Below, piece by piece: positions 1 to 14,301 of a stretch of 64,000 nucleotides of DNA (position 1 is the first letter of the stretch; each line of letters starts with the position of its first letter). The translations under genes and the position numbers were made by a program. The notes below the pieces were generated by a model, which saw only the letters and a program-made list of their open reading frames with translations, was not told where the DNA came from and did no database searches. The DNA comes from the human T2T-CHM13v2.0 reference genome, Homo sapiens. The stretch is from assembly GCF_009914755.1 (NCBI RefSeq), contig NC_060932.1; one strand, written 5' to 3'.

Positions 1-535
1 TGCTGTTTTTCATGTCCCAACTGGTTCATTCATAATGAATTATTTTGTTTAGTGAGGTATTGTTTGTTTACCATAAACTTATTCTCTTTGAAACATTGTC
101 TGCAGAAATATTTAGAAGTCTAAGACATAGTTAGGTTCCTCCCAGAAATATATATGTTTCTGTAAAATATTTTCATATACTATGTTTATAGGTTTTTGCA
201 TTAAATTCTTAATGTGGCCTTTTCAGGCCACTCAGGAAATATGAATTAAAACAAATATCTTCTTAAGCTATATTTTTAAAAATTACATTTTTGTTTCTAT
301 TATTTATTTTATATTTTTTCAACAATGCCATGCATTTTAATAGTACTTTAAAGTTGTCTCAGATTTTCTAGTTTTTTAGAAATTTAAGAAGGTATTTTAT
401 ATTATTTATCTAACCTATCCAATAATTGAAATTTTAGCAAACCTAATATGTAAATATGTTTCTCCCTTATGCAGGTGTAAAACTTTGTTGACTTATTTAT
501 TTTAAATTTTGGAGTGTGCGCCTCTATTTAAGTGA

Positions 536-852
<317 letters not shown>

Positions 853-1164
853 TCTGAGATACTCTTAAAAGGCACGTTTGGATGTTTATTGAAAAAGAGT
901 TTAATTTTTTCTGCTATACATGGGCCACATTATTGTTTTAACTTCATCTCTGGGCTTTTGGATTATGCTGTTTTTATTTTTCATACTAAAACAGGTAGTA
1001 ACAGGTGAGTAATTGTGAATTCCTAAAGGATATTTAGTCTATTCTTCTTGTCAAGATGGATTGTCTATATTTTTGATGATCATAGATTTTCAAAGGTATC
1101 TATTTTCATCTTCCTGACTTGTCTGTTATCGTGTTTTGTCTCTCCCAACACCCAAAGTAGACTT

Positions 1165-3372
1165 TAAAGACATACTCCAGAGTGGGTAATTTATAAAGAC
1201 ATAGATTTAATGGACTCACAGTTCCACGTGGCTGTGGAGGCCTCACAATCATGGTGGAAGGCAAAAGGCACATCTTACATGGTGAAAGACAAGCGAGAAT
1301 GAGAACCAAGCGAAAGGGGAAACCCTTTATCAAAGCATCAGATCTTGTAAGACTCATTCATTACCATGAGAACAGTGTTGGGGAAATCACCCCCATGATT
1401 CAGTTATCTCACATTGGGTCCCTCCCACAACATGTGGGAATTATTGGAGCTACAATTTAAGATCAGATTTGGGTGGAGGCACAGCCAAACCATATCATTC
1501 CACCCCTAGCCCCTCTCAAATTTCATGTCCTCACATTTCAAAACCAATCATGCCTTCCCAATAGTCCCCCAAAGTCTCAACTCATTTCAGTGTTAACTGG
1601 AAAGTCCACAGTCCAAAGTCTCATCTGAGACATGGCAAGTCTTTTCCACCTATGAGCCTGTAAAATCAAAAGCAAATTAATTACTTCCTAGATACAGCGG
1701 GAGTACAGGCACTGGGTAAATACAGTCATTCAAATGGGAGAAATTGGCCAAAACAAAGTGTCTACAGGATCCATGAAGGTCCAAAATCCAGCAGAGCAGT
1801 CAAATCTTAAAGCTCCAAAATCATCTCCTTTGACTGCATGTCTCACATCCAGGTCACACTGATGCAAGAGGTGGGTTGTCATGGTCTTGCACAGCTCTGC
1901 CCCTATAGCTTTGCAGGGTACAGCCCCACTCCTTGCTGTTTTCATGGGCTGGAGCTGAGTGTCTGAGTCTTTTCCAGGTGCACAGTGAAAGCTGTTGGTG
2001 GATCTACCATTCTGGGTTCTGAAGAGGGCGACCCTCTTTTCACAGCTCCACTAGGCAGTGCCTCACTGGGGACTCTGTGTGGGGGCTTAAACCCCATGTT
2101 TCCCTTCTGCACTGCCTAGTAGAGGTTCTCTATGAGGACCCCACTCCTGCAGCAAACTTCTGCCTGGACATCCAGGCATTTTTTATACATCCTCAAAAAT
2201 CAAGGTGGAGGTCACCAAACCTCAATTCCTGACTTCTGTGCACTGGTAGACTCAACACCACCTGGGAGCTGCCAAGACTTGGGGGCTAACACCCTCTGAA
2301 GCCACAGCCCAAGCTGTACTTTGACCCCTTTTAGCCATGGCTAGAGTGGCTGGGACTCAGGACACTAGGTTGGTAGTCCGCACACAGCAGGAGGGCCCTG
2401 GGACTAGCCTACAAAACCAGTTTTTCCTCCTGGTCTTTGTGCTTGTGATGGGAGGGTCTGCCATAAAGTTCTCCAACATGCCCTGGAGACACTTTCCCCA
2501 TTGTCTTGGTGATTAACATTTGGCTCCTCATTACTTATACAAACTTTTGCAGCCAGCTTGAATTTCTCCTCAGAAAATGGGTTTTTCTTTTCTATCACAT
2601 TGTCAGGCAGCAGATTTTCTGAACCTTTATGGTCTGTCTCCCTTTTAAAATTGAATGGCTTTTAACAGCACTGAAGTCACCTCTTGAATGCTTTGCTGCT
2701 TACGAATTTCTTTTGCCAGACACTCTAAATAATCTCTCTCAAGTTCAAAGTTCCACAAATCTCTAGGGCAAGGGCAAAATGCTGCTAGTCTTTTTTCTAA
2801 AACATAGCAAGAATCATCTTTATTCCAGTTCCCAGTAAGTTCCCCATCTCCATCTGAGACCTCCTCAGTCTAGATTTCATTGTCAACCAAACTTTCCCAC
2901 ATTTTCTTGTCTTCTTCTGACCCCTCCAAACTGTTCCAACATCTGCCTGTTAGCCAGTTCCAAAGTCACTTCTACATTTTCCACTGTCTTTTCAGCAGCG
3001 CTCCCCTCTACAGGTACCAATTTACTATATTAGTCCATTTTCATGCTGCTGATAAAGACATACCCAAGACTGGGTAATTTATAAAGAAAAAGAAGTTTAA
3101 TGGATGCACAGTTCCATGTGGCTGGGGAGTCCTCAGAATCATGGCAGAAAGCAAAAGGCACATCTTACATGGCGGCAGACAAGAAAGAATGAGAACCAAA
3201 TGAAAGAGGAAACCCTTTATCAAACCATCAGATCTTGTGAGACTTATTCACTACTGTCAGAAGAGTATGGGGGACACTGCCCTCATGGTTTAATTATCTC
3301 CCACTGGGTCCCTTCCACAACATGTGGGAATTATGGGAGCTAAAATTCAAGATGAGATTTGGGTGGGGACAC
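1165..3372 (-). mobile_element. THE1 (MaLR) retroelement, LTR-int-LTR, THE1C-like; LTRs at 1165-1497 and 3026-3372
   Basis: Two homologous ~340-bp LTRs; inner ends CCAAACCATATCA (1497) and TATATTAGTCC (3026); internal start GTAAATTGGTACC on minus at 3025; polypurine tract at ~1498-1514. Confidence 0.93.
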
Positions 3373-3487
3373 CAGACCTCAAAAAGATTCCAATTAATTA
3401 CACATTAAATTGTTTTGTAGAAATCACTGACAGTTTCTAAAAATGACTCATAGCTTAATTATCTTGCAAATAAAATATTTGTAGTGG

Positions 3488-3946
3488 TGATGCAGGATTT
3501 TCTGCTCCTTAGCTCAGCTAAATCTGGTATCTTATCTCATGACCAGGAAGAAGTAGGCAAACAGGCCCAATGAGGGGTGAGGAGGGCAAAATTGATTGAG
3601 TGAAAGGAAAGCTCTCAGTATGGAGAGGGTTTCTGCACACAATTTTCTACCTCACAAAACTGAATACCAGGCCACCACACATGCGTTGAAGAGGACTGGC
3701 TTCTCCCCTGCATAAGGCATGAATTCCTGGTGCCTCCAATTCATTCTTCCAGTGCATATGTGGGTCCTTAGTCTGAGACACTCCACATTGATTTATTTCC
3801 CTTACTGCACAAGTGTTAAGGGACAGAATTTTTCACCATGGGCATATTTAGGTAAGCCCCCCATGCACAATGACCTGGGCGGGTCAGAGTTTCTCTGGGG
3901 ACAGTTCCCTATCTGCTAGGCATTTGTCTGCCTCCTGCCTCTATCC
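3488..3946 (-). mobile_element. ERV1 solo LTR (HUERS-P3-related LTR9/LTR27/MER61 group; subfamily uncertain)
   Basis: TGATGCAGGATTTT...CCTCCTGCCTCTATCC; 4-bp TSD GTGG at 3484-3487 and 3947-3950; GC-richer than flanks. Confidence 0.8.
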
Positions 3947-4330
3947 GTGGTGTAATATAGTGGAAGGTTTTGAAACTTTGAGTCTTAGTTATGTCACTTA
4001 TCTGTAATTGGCATGTTAAGAGTATAAAAATAACCATCTAATCTATCTCACCTATGTTAGAAAGAAAAAGAAAATTATTTTATAAAAACCTATATAAAAG
4101 ATAGATAATTTTGGATAAAGGAAGAACCCTTGATGTCTATAGTAGGTTAAGACAGATTCATTTTGGAAACAGGTCAAAAATGAACTAAGAAATAAAAAAT
4201 CATTTGTATGAATTAAAAGAACAGAACAAAATTGGCAATATTTTGTTTTATAGGGGTTTCATGTTCTAGATGATAGTGAGATAGTGAGAATTTTCTGTTT
4301 TTACCTCTGACTCCAACTTTTCAATCTCTC

Positions 4331-4631
4331 TCTTTTTTTTTTTTTTTTTTTTTTTGAGACAGAGTCTCTCTCTGTCACCCAGGCTGGAGTGCAGTGGCCC
4401 CATCTTGGCTCACTGCAAGCTCTGTCTTCTGGGTTCACGTCATTCTCCTGCCTCCTGAGTAGCTGGGACTACAGGTGCCTGCCACCACGCCCAGCTAATC
4501 TTTTTGTATTTTTAGTAGAGACGGGGTTTCACCGTGTTAGCCAGGATGGTCTCAATCTCCTGACCTTGTGATCCGCCCACCTCAGCCTCCCAAAGTGCTG
4601 GGATTACAGGCATGAGCCACTGCGCCCGGCC
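4331..4631 (-). mobile_element. Alu SINE, AluY-like
   Basis: Poly-T, GAGACAGAGTCTC...TGCGCCCGGCC; AATCTCTC repeated on both flanks. Confidence 0.95.
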
Positions 4632-7600
4632 TTAATCTCTCAATTATGACTTCAATCTTGCTGTTTGCAGTAGATATATGCTTCTTATATGCTAGGTGTT
4701 TCTTTTTAGTTTTGTAGGGAAAGAAGCAAAGCAGTGTATAAAAAGTAAAAAACAACTAATTCAGAAAATGATATACTTCCAAGTGGCAGAGATTGCATAT
4801 TATGAACTAAGAAGTAGGCTGAGCATTCAAAACTTCCACTTTAATGCCAGAAAAGGTAAACATGCAATAAGCAGATATAGAAAACTGGTTGTGTATCCTA
4901 GTGCTATAGAAACAAATTAAAAAAGGAATAATTCATGTTTAGCATCAGATTATTCAAAAGTTGAGGGGTGGCAAGTTTTTGTTGTCTGAACAAGAGACTA
5001 TTGGTCTCTACTGGATCATTCTAGTCATGCACTTTAGGATACCAGTTTAAGTTCAGGACAAATATGATTAAATAAGGAGAAACTCTTCCCTAGAAGGCAG
5101 TCTCATTGGCAAGATATTCTAGTACAGGAAGCAGCAATAGCAGTTATTATAATTCTGGCTCACAAACTTGGGATTCTTTTTGAGGTCTTAGACACACTGA
5201 GACAAGATCAAGACATGGAAAATAAATGAAATGCAAAAGCATAGCGTCTGAGAAATTGCTCATATTAAATGTTGGCTACCCTACCCAAAATAGGTAATCA
5301 ATGTTGTATTATGATTGAGAACAATACTTAATGGAACATCAGAGGGCCAAGAATGTTCTTAAAGAAAAGAGGGAAATGAGAAGTTTTTAAACATATGGGA
5401 TAGTCACTGAAAGAAAGAAAGAATTGTCTAAAACACCTGGAGAATTCAACATGTTGCCAATACCCATTCTAAATGTTTCAAGATGTTGGGAGTGTTTAAA
5501 ACACCACAGCTAAAGCTGACATGTGCATGAGTTTGTATGCATAAGGTACATGATATTTTTTCAGAGTGTAAAAGGCATAGTGACACATTAAGCTCCCAAT
5601 GTATGTCATAAAAATATGTAACAAAATAGATATTTTTGAGAAAGGAGGATCCCTTGAGGTCTACAGCGGTTAAGATGGATTCATTTTGGGGGAGAAGCCA
5701 ATTACATTTAAATTCACAAAAGTTGCAAAACCCACAAGACTGTCTGGTTTTCTAGTGAAACTAAACTTGAGATTTATTATTTTCTTTCTTCCATTTTATC
5801 TTCTTATGCCTGTTCTCTAATACAACTGGCAACAACAATGTCAGAACATCACTTTTACTTGGAGTATCAGTCAGTGCATAGTCATTGGGAGATAAGAGAA
5901 AATAAACAAATGGTTGGCACTTTGGATAAGTCAGAAGGTTGTGTTTGATCAGTAAGAAGGATGTGTTGTGCTAGTTGGTATGTGTCCTTAATGCTTCACA
6001 AGTTGAAAAATTAAGACATAAAAGACAGGTGAAATAGGATTACATTAATCAATATTTAGAGAATTAGAAAAAAATCTATAAAAGATAGCATTGGCTAAAA
6101 TTGCTGAAGGAGAATATATTTTCCTGAGACACTGAGTCTGATACTTCCATGATTGGAAATGAGAAAAATATAAATAAATGCACAGGTACATACATTAGAG
6201 AAGAGTTTTGGAATTTAATTCTTCAAGATAGATATTTCAATAATGGGAAACAGGTAATGGAAATGGGATAAGGTTAGTATGGGTCAAATTATTGTCTTTA
6301 TTCTGCTGTGTTTTATTATGCGGGCTATGCTGTCATGAGTTGTTCAATGCTTGAGTTCTAAGAATGCTCTTTTGAGCTGCATTTGATGACATGAACACAG
6401 CTTGAGATGAGACATTCAATAGCAAGTGGATTTTAGATTACTATAAAATGTGGCTTTACAATTTATTTAATATTGTATTCTCACTAATTTGAAAGTTTTC
6501 AAAGGCAATGTCAAAATGGACTGGGCTTCCTTAATGTTCTTTTAATCTCCTCCCTAGAATGGGCAGCCATATTTTTGGAAAATAATTCTATTGATTAAGT
6601 GGTATGTATATGAGATATTAAAAATGAGTGACTAATGCAAAAGAAGAGGGTGAAACATCAACTTCAACCCCTTTTGCTTACTTCTCTCTAAAGGAAAAAT
6701 TATTATCCAGATTGCATAACATTACTTGTTTGGCAATTGCAAGTAAGAAATGGAACAATTGTCTTATCTAAAAAGAACAAGACAATTGAGAGATTGTCTT
6801 AATTGCCAAATAAGACAATTTCTTGCTCTCTCTCTTCCCACCACCCACTCACCCATCCACCTTTCACACATACACATCTTCCCCCTTCATGTAATAAGAT
6901 ATTTAGAAATTACTGTCATTACTAGTGAGAATTGTTCTTGGTATTATTTAGATTTAGAAAAAAAAAAAAAAAAGTTTTGCTTGTGCAGTATTCATAAAAC
7001 AAACTCCAGGACCATTTTCAAAAGGTTCTGACTAGGGTTTGGGAGCTACTCTTCAAATTTAAAAAGTTATTTTTGACTTCTCACAGGCCTAATATATACA
7101 GCATTTGAAATTCTATGATGAAAGAAATATTGGTCAGCTAGGAATAAGCATTTCTCATCCTGTAACTTTAACAACAGCCTAATGCTGTCATAAATCCATA
7201 GTTTGTATATAGACATACATAAGAAACCAGAAAAATTAACTAGAATTATATATACAAAGATGAGTGTGTGTATATATACATATGTACACTTCATCATATG
7301 GTTATACTTTTATGCAGATAGATGGATAGACAGAGAATACATGAACAGTTTTTGAGTGTTCTTCCAGCAAAAAAAAAAAATAATTTTCCATTTTAATATT
7401 TAACCTGACTGTAAAAGTACATGGTATATCTTTGTCAGAGCAAGCACTTGAAGCATGCTCACAATTTACAGAGTGCTGCTTAGACTGCTGTGCCTGCATG
7501 ATTCCTAGTTACTGAAAGTTCCATTATCATAAGCTAAAAATACTATGAATAGGGTACTTTTGACTAAAAGGTTCACATTCATTCCCATTCAGAATTTTCA

Positions 7601-8145
7601 AACTTATGTTGGTGATAAAAAATTATCTGAAATGTAATGAGAAAGGGCAAATATTAATAAAACATAAATTTGTAAATGAATAGCAGCATTCCTGATTTAA
7701 TAAAATATGGTGTGCTATTACTACAAAACTAAATAAATTACTATTTATTTTTATATCTACACTCAAATTATTTTTATAATGTTCTATTAATTTTTAAATA
7801 GTTAAATATTTTGCCTTGGATTACTTTTTTATTTGATTTGTTTTACCTCTTTTTCACCCATATAGTATTTGTTCAAAGCTGTCACTTTTCATGAATCTAC
7901 TGGTCTCCATTATTTTCAGAAATCTATATTTACTAATCAGATTTGTATATCTATTTTAAAAATGAAGACATTTTGTTTAAGAATCTTTGAAATGACTGTT
8001 ACAGATTCTCCCATCTGCCAAATCTGTAACAAAGTTATAGTTGTGAATATAGATGTAGGTCAACTGGTGACCTGTTATATCTGATTTGACATTCTTTGCT
8101 GAATTTCTTTAAAGTGTAAGTAGCAACCCAGCAAAAGAGCCTAAG

Positions 8146-8223
8146 TCTTTTCTTTAATAAATACTTGAAGATGTATGAAAAACATCTTTTCTTGAATAGA
8201 TGCTTGAAGATGTATGACAAACA
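8146..8223. repeat. 39-bp tandem duplication, 2 copies, 4 mismatches
   Basis: TCTTTTCTTTAATAAATACTTGAAGATGTATGAAAAACA followed by TCTTTTCTTGAATAGATGCTTGAAGATGTATGACAAACA. Confidence 0.9.
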
Positions 8224-8324
8224 TTTCACTTTTTCATTAAATGGAAAGTATCACAGAAAGAAGCATTTAACATATTTTCCTAAGTAGACCCAAGTTATTT
8301 ATAAACAGCAATGCTGCAAAACAA

Positions 8325-9929
8325 AATTTACAGATTCAGTACTATTCATTCAAACTATCAATGACATTCTTCAGACAACTAGAAAAAGCTACTTAAGAAT
8401 TCCTATGAAATCAAAAAAGAGTCTGAAGAGTCAAGGCAATCCTAAGCAAAAAGAACAAAGCTGGAGGCATCACATTACCTAACTCCAAACTATAATATAG
8501 GAGTACAATAACCAAAACAGCATGGTACTGATACAAAAACAGACACATAGACCAATGGAACAGAATAGAGAACCCAGAAATAAGGTCGCACACCTACAAC
8601 TATTTGATCTTCAACAAAGCTGATAAAAACAGGCAATGGGGAAAAGATTCCCTATTCAATAAATGGTTCTGGGATAACTGGCTAGCCATAGGCACAAGAT
8701 TGAAACTGTACCTGTTTCTTATTCCATATACAAAACTCAACTCAAGATGGGTTAAAGACTTTAATGTAAAACTGAAAACTATAAAAACCCTGGAATACAA
8801 CCTAGGCAGTACCATTCAGGACATAGGCGCAGGAAAAGATTTCATGACAAAGACACCAAAAGCAATGATAACAAAAACAAAAATTGACAAATAGGATCTA
8901 ATTAAACCAAAGAGCTACTACACAGCAGAAGAAACTATTAACAGAATAAACAGACAACCTACAAAATGGGAGAAAATTTTTGCAAACTATGCATCCAAGA
9001 AAGGTCTAATATCCAGCATCTATAAGGAACTTTAACAAATTTACAAGAAAAAAACAAACAACCTTATTAAAAAGTAGGCAAAGGACATGAACACTTTTCA
9101 AAAGTGTTCATGCAGCCAACAATCATATGAAAAACAGCTCAACATCACTGATCACTAGAGAAATGCAAATCAAAACTACAATGAAGTACCATCTCACACC
9201 AGTCAGACTGGCTATTATTAAAAAGTCCAAAAATAACAGGTGTTGGCGAGGTTGCAGAGAAAAGGGAATGCTTACACATGGTTGGTGGGAGTGTAAATTA
9301 GTCCAACCATTGTGGAAAGCAGTGTGGTGATTCCTAAAGAGCTGAAAAACAGAATTACCACTCAACCTAGCAATCCTATTACTAGCTATATACCCAAAGG
9401 AATATACATCATTCTACCACAAAGACTCATGCATGCTGTTCTTTATGTATGTTCACTGCAGCAATATTTACAATAGCATAGTCATGGACAAAACCTAAAT
9501 GTCCATCAAAGGTAGGATAGATAAAGAAAATGTGGTACATATACACCATGTAATATTATGCAGTCATAAAAAAGAATGAGATCATGTCCTTTGTAGGAAT
9601 ATGGGTGGAGCTGGTGGCCATTATCCTTAGCAAACTAATGCAGGAACAAAAAATCAAATACTGTATGTTCTCACTTTTAAGTGGGAGCTAAATGATGAAA
9701 ACACATAAACACATAGAGGAAAACAACACACACTGGGGCATTTTAGAGGGTGCAAGGTGGGAGAGGATGAGTAAAAATAATTAGTAGTTAATTTTAAAAA
9801 TGGGTGCTAGGTTGAATACCTGGGTGATGAATAAGCTGTACAACAAACCTCCATGACACAAGTTTACCTATATAACAAACCTGCAAATGTACCCATGAAC
9901 CTAAAATAAAAGTTGAAAAAAGAAAAAGA
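8325..9929 (+). mobile_element. 5'-truncated L1 (older L1PA13-16-like): ORF2 C-terminus and 3' UTR
   Basis: ORF2-like peptides ([32 protein letters not shown]), 3' UTR, AATAAA and A-rich tail near 9905-9929. Confidence 0.92.
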
Positions 9930-12134
9930 CATCAGTGTTGATGTTGAATTAAAACTCTAGCACTTTGAATTAATTGCTTCATTTATTTGATGATCTTAAA
10001 CACTTCATCTACATGGCCTCTTTTATTCCTGTTCAATGTGGAATGGGAAATTAAAAATATAAGGAGGAAAACACATACTTATCATTGTATAAAATGCAAT
10101 TTATGAAACAGTAGCCCTCTTTTGGCTCTATTTTGTATTATCTACAAAAATACTACAGTGACTTATTAATATGTAAATTTTAATAGTTTCACTCTCCGTT
10201 TCCTTTCTCGCAAGACAAAATAGAAAACACTAATATCAACCCAAGGTCACAACAGGAAAAGAGAGAAAAAGAATAAGAAATAAAGATACTAATAAAAAGG
10301 ATGAAAAAATCCTAATTGTATACTGCAGTATGCCAAGAATTAGTCTTGATCTGCTTGGTTTCTTTTGAGTAGGATTTTTGCATTATTTAGAAGTTTTCTC
10401 CATTATATATGTCTGCAACTTACTTAAATTCTTTCCAATTCAGTATTTAGTGCTCAGGAAGAAACAAAAATATCCCTGTCTCCTTTACCTCTACCTCCAA
10501 AATTTCAAGATACAAATAAACAAAACAGTTACTTAAAATAGGGTTTCAAAAACTGTATTAAGGCATAAAAATATTTTCATTCACTTTGTTTGGAAATAAA
10601 TATTTTTGTGGAGCATTTTTTTTCTCCTTGAGAGTCAAATACAAATCCACTTTGAGAGGTTGAAACTAATACTTTTGAAGCTAACATTGTTTGAAGCAAT
10701 TATTATTATTATTTTTCATGCCGTTTGGGAACAGCAAAGAAGACCATGAAAATCTTCAAATTATCTCAATACCAAAGAATATGTGATCCTAAAGGTCAAG
10801 ATCACATAGTATATGGTGCTCCATTTTTCAACAAGACTACATTGGGTATTTAGAATCGAAAAATTATACACTTTTAAATGCATGCCACTATACATTTTTA
10901 CATTTTCCTTTAAAGACCGATGAAACAGTATTTAAATTCATCTGGCAAAAATTACATAGACTTACCTTAAACTTTAATAAACTTCAAGATTTTTAATCCT
11001 CAGGATGGTTTAAAATATCAATTTTTAAAAATGCTTAAACGGTGTTATTGAGCAAATGTTTATTAGAAGTATTATTGACTTTATTAAAATATTTTAAAGG
11101 AGAACTCTATGCATTGATACATAGATTGACAAAGCTATAGAGGGGGAAATACACAGGAAGAGAGAGAGAAAATATTCATTTCTACAATCATTTTAATGTC
11201 TGAGTGAAATTTTTGAAAATACAGATTAACATATAAATGAAAAATAATAGATACTGAATGAACTGAAAATAAGTCTCAAGAAATGTCTAATTGTAAGAAA
11301 TGTTACAATTGTTACAAATGTTAAAATGTTTACATTATGAGATGCATCAGAAGACACTCATCATTAAGATAATGAAATAGAAGGTGAAGAAATCATACAC
11401 AGAGAACATCTTCAATGTAGTTAAAAAAACACATAAACTGAATACTTGACGAATGTCAAAGATAGTAAGTTATTCTTGTGTTTGTACCAGCAATCTAAGG
11501 TGACATGTCAACTTGACACAGCCTATGAATAGCTTCTCAATAATCATATCATTTTACAGCCTATAATAGTAACGTTGTCACTTGTAACTGGTGATTTTTT
11601 TTTACATTAACAGACTTTATTTCTTCGAGTACTTTTAGGTTTACAGAAAAAAACGTTGTGAAGAGCCCCCATATATTAACCTTCCCTCCCCAGGCCACTG
11701 TCCCCTATTATTAAAATCTTGCATGGTGTGATACATTTCTTATAATTGATGAACTAATTGATGCATTATTTTTAACTGAAATCCATAGTTTATACGAAGG
11801 TTCATTATTTATGTTGTAGCATTCCATGGATTTTGACAAATGCGTAATATCCTGTATCCATTATTACACTCTGGTATAGAATGCCATTAAATCCTGTAAT
11901 CCACTAGTGTTCCCCTTAACCCCCATCCCCTGGCAAACCACACAAATACTGTTCTTTTTACTGTCGTCATAGTTTTACCTTTTACACAATTTCATGTAGT
12001 TGAAATCACACAGCATACATGTAGATGTTTTAATTTGGCTTCTTTCACTTATCAATGGGCATGTAAAGTTCCTCCATGTCTTTTGTTGCTTATTAACTCA
12101 TATAGTTTTAAAAATTTTCCCCAAATTTATTTAT

Positions 12135-12410
12135 TTTACATTTATGTATTTTACAAATACATATGTATAATATGTATAATAATATTTACATATTATATTT
12201 ACATATGTATTTACATATTTATAATATTTACATATGTATAATATTTACATGTGTATAATATGTATATTACATATATGTAAATATATGTGTAATATTTACA
12301 TATGTATAATAATTATACATATGTATAATATGTGTAATAAATACATTATGTATATGTATGTATTTTACAAATACATACATATACAATTGTATGTATTTGT
12401 TGTATACATA
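12135..12410. repeat. Degenerate AT-rich simple repeat (TACATATGTATAATA-type units)
   Basis: Directly visible low-complexity array; it explains ORFs 12035..12241 and 12234..12536. Confidence 0.9.
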
Positions 12411-14301
12411 ATGAAGTTTTATTTGTCAAATAATATTCCAATGTATGGATACAGCATAAGTTTGTTTATTCATTCATCTGTTGAAGGATATCTTGTTTTT
12501 TTCAATTTTTGGATACTATTAATAAAGCTGCCATAAACATTTGTGTGGACATACTTTTTTCAGCCAATTTGGGTAAATACCTAGGAACATAGCTCCTGAA
12601 TTAACTAATGTTTAGCTTTATGAGAAACTTCCAAAATGTCTGCACTGTTTTGCATTTGCACCAGCAGTAAATAATTCTTGTTGCTGTGCATCCTCCCTCA
12701 GCACTTTGAATTGTCAGTGTGCTAGATTTGGGTCATCCTAATAAGTATGTAGTGGTAGCTCTTTGTTTTATTTGCAATTCCCCAGTGACATATGATGTGG
12801 TTTATCTTTTCATATGCATATTAAGCATCCGTATACCTTCTCTGCTAAAGTGTCTGTTTAGATCTTTTGCCCACTTTTTAAAAGTTGTTTGTGTTCTTAC
12901 AGAGTTTTTAAAACTTTTTATATGTTTTGAATACCAGATCTTTATTAGATATGTTTTTTGCAGCATTATTTTTCACTCCCTGGTTTGTCTTTTCATTAGC
13001 TTAACAGGGTTTTTCAGAGGGCCAAAAATCTTTTAATTTTACTGCTATTCAACATAACAATTTTCTCATCCATAAGTGGTGCTTTTTGTGTTGTATCTAA
13101 AAAGTCATTGTCAATCCAAGGTATTCCAGATTTCCTCCTGTGTTGTTTTCTAGACATTTTATAGTTTTGCATTTAAGTCAATTATCTATTTTGAGTTAAT
13201 TTTGGGGAAATGTGTGATTTTTCTCTCTAATATTTTTTGCATGTGGATGTCCAGTTTTTCCAGCACCATTAATTGAAATAACTATTACTTCTCCAAACAA
13301 TTGCTGTAGCTCCTTTGTCAAAAGTCAGTTGACTTTATTTGTATGAGTCTTCATCTGGTCTATTATGTTGCATTGAAATTTTTGCTTTTTCTATTGCCAG
13401 TACCATACCATGTTGACTTCTGCAGCTTCGCAGTAATACTTAAAGTAGGATAATGTCAATTCTACTGTTTTGTTCATCTTCAATATTTTCTGGGCTATTC
13501 TGGTTTTTGCCTTTCAATATAAACTTTAGAGTAATTTTTAAATATCTACAAAGTAACTTTCTGGGATTTTGATTGGTATTGCATTGATTTGATCTATTGT
13601 ATTGAATCAAGCTGGGAAGAAATGGCATCTTGTCAATATCAAGTCTTTCTATCCATGAACATTTGTTTAGATATCTATGCATTTGTTTAGATATTCTTTG
13701 ATTTCTTTCATCACGGCTTGGCAGTTTTTTAATGTAGATCTTGTACATATATTGATAAAATTATACCTAAGCATTTTTCTCTTTTTGGTGTTAATATAAG
13801 TGGTGTTATGTTTTAATTTCAAATTCCAATTGCTCATTGCTGGTATATAGAAAAGAAACAGACTTTTGTGTATTAACCTTGAATCCTGCAACTTTGCTAT
13901 ATTTACTTATTTTTAAAGGAAATTTTGTAGTTTATATTTTATTTGCATGTAATTCTTTGGAGGTTTCTACATAAATAATCAGGCCACTTGTAGACAAAGA
14001 CAGGTTTTTTTAAAAAACCTTCTTTCCCAATCTGTGTGCCTGCTCCCCTCCTCTCATCTGCCTTTTATTGTCTTATTGTATTAGTAGGATTTCCATGTGG
14101 AATAGAAGTGGTAAGAGTGACATATTTTCCTTGTTTCCAATATTAGGGGAAAGCATTTCATTTTTCCACTTAAGCATGATATCAGTTATAGATCTTTTGC
14201 AGATGTGTTTTGTTTTTGTTTTTGTTTTTGTTTTTTAATCAACTTAAAGAAATTCTCTACTCCTGGTAAGCTGATAGTTTTTTTGTTTGGATATATATAT
14301 A

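Noticed and set aside
8146-8223. Short direct repeats as a CRISPR-like array
   Set aside because: Two adjacent copies, no spacers, no cas genes, eukaryotic context
10780-10808. Hairpin TATGTGATC(N11)GATCACATA with AAAGGTCA in the loop
   Set aside because: A 9-bp stem is within chance expectation for 64 kb of AT-rich DNA
12035-12536. Ile/Tyr/Cys-rich ORFs
   Set aside because: Translation of a low-complexity AT repeat
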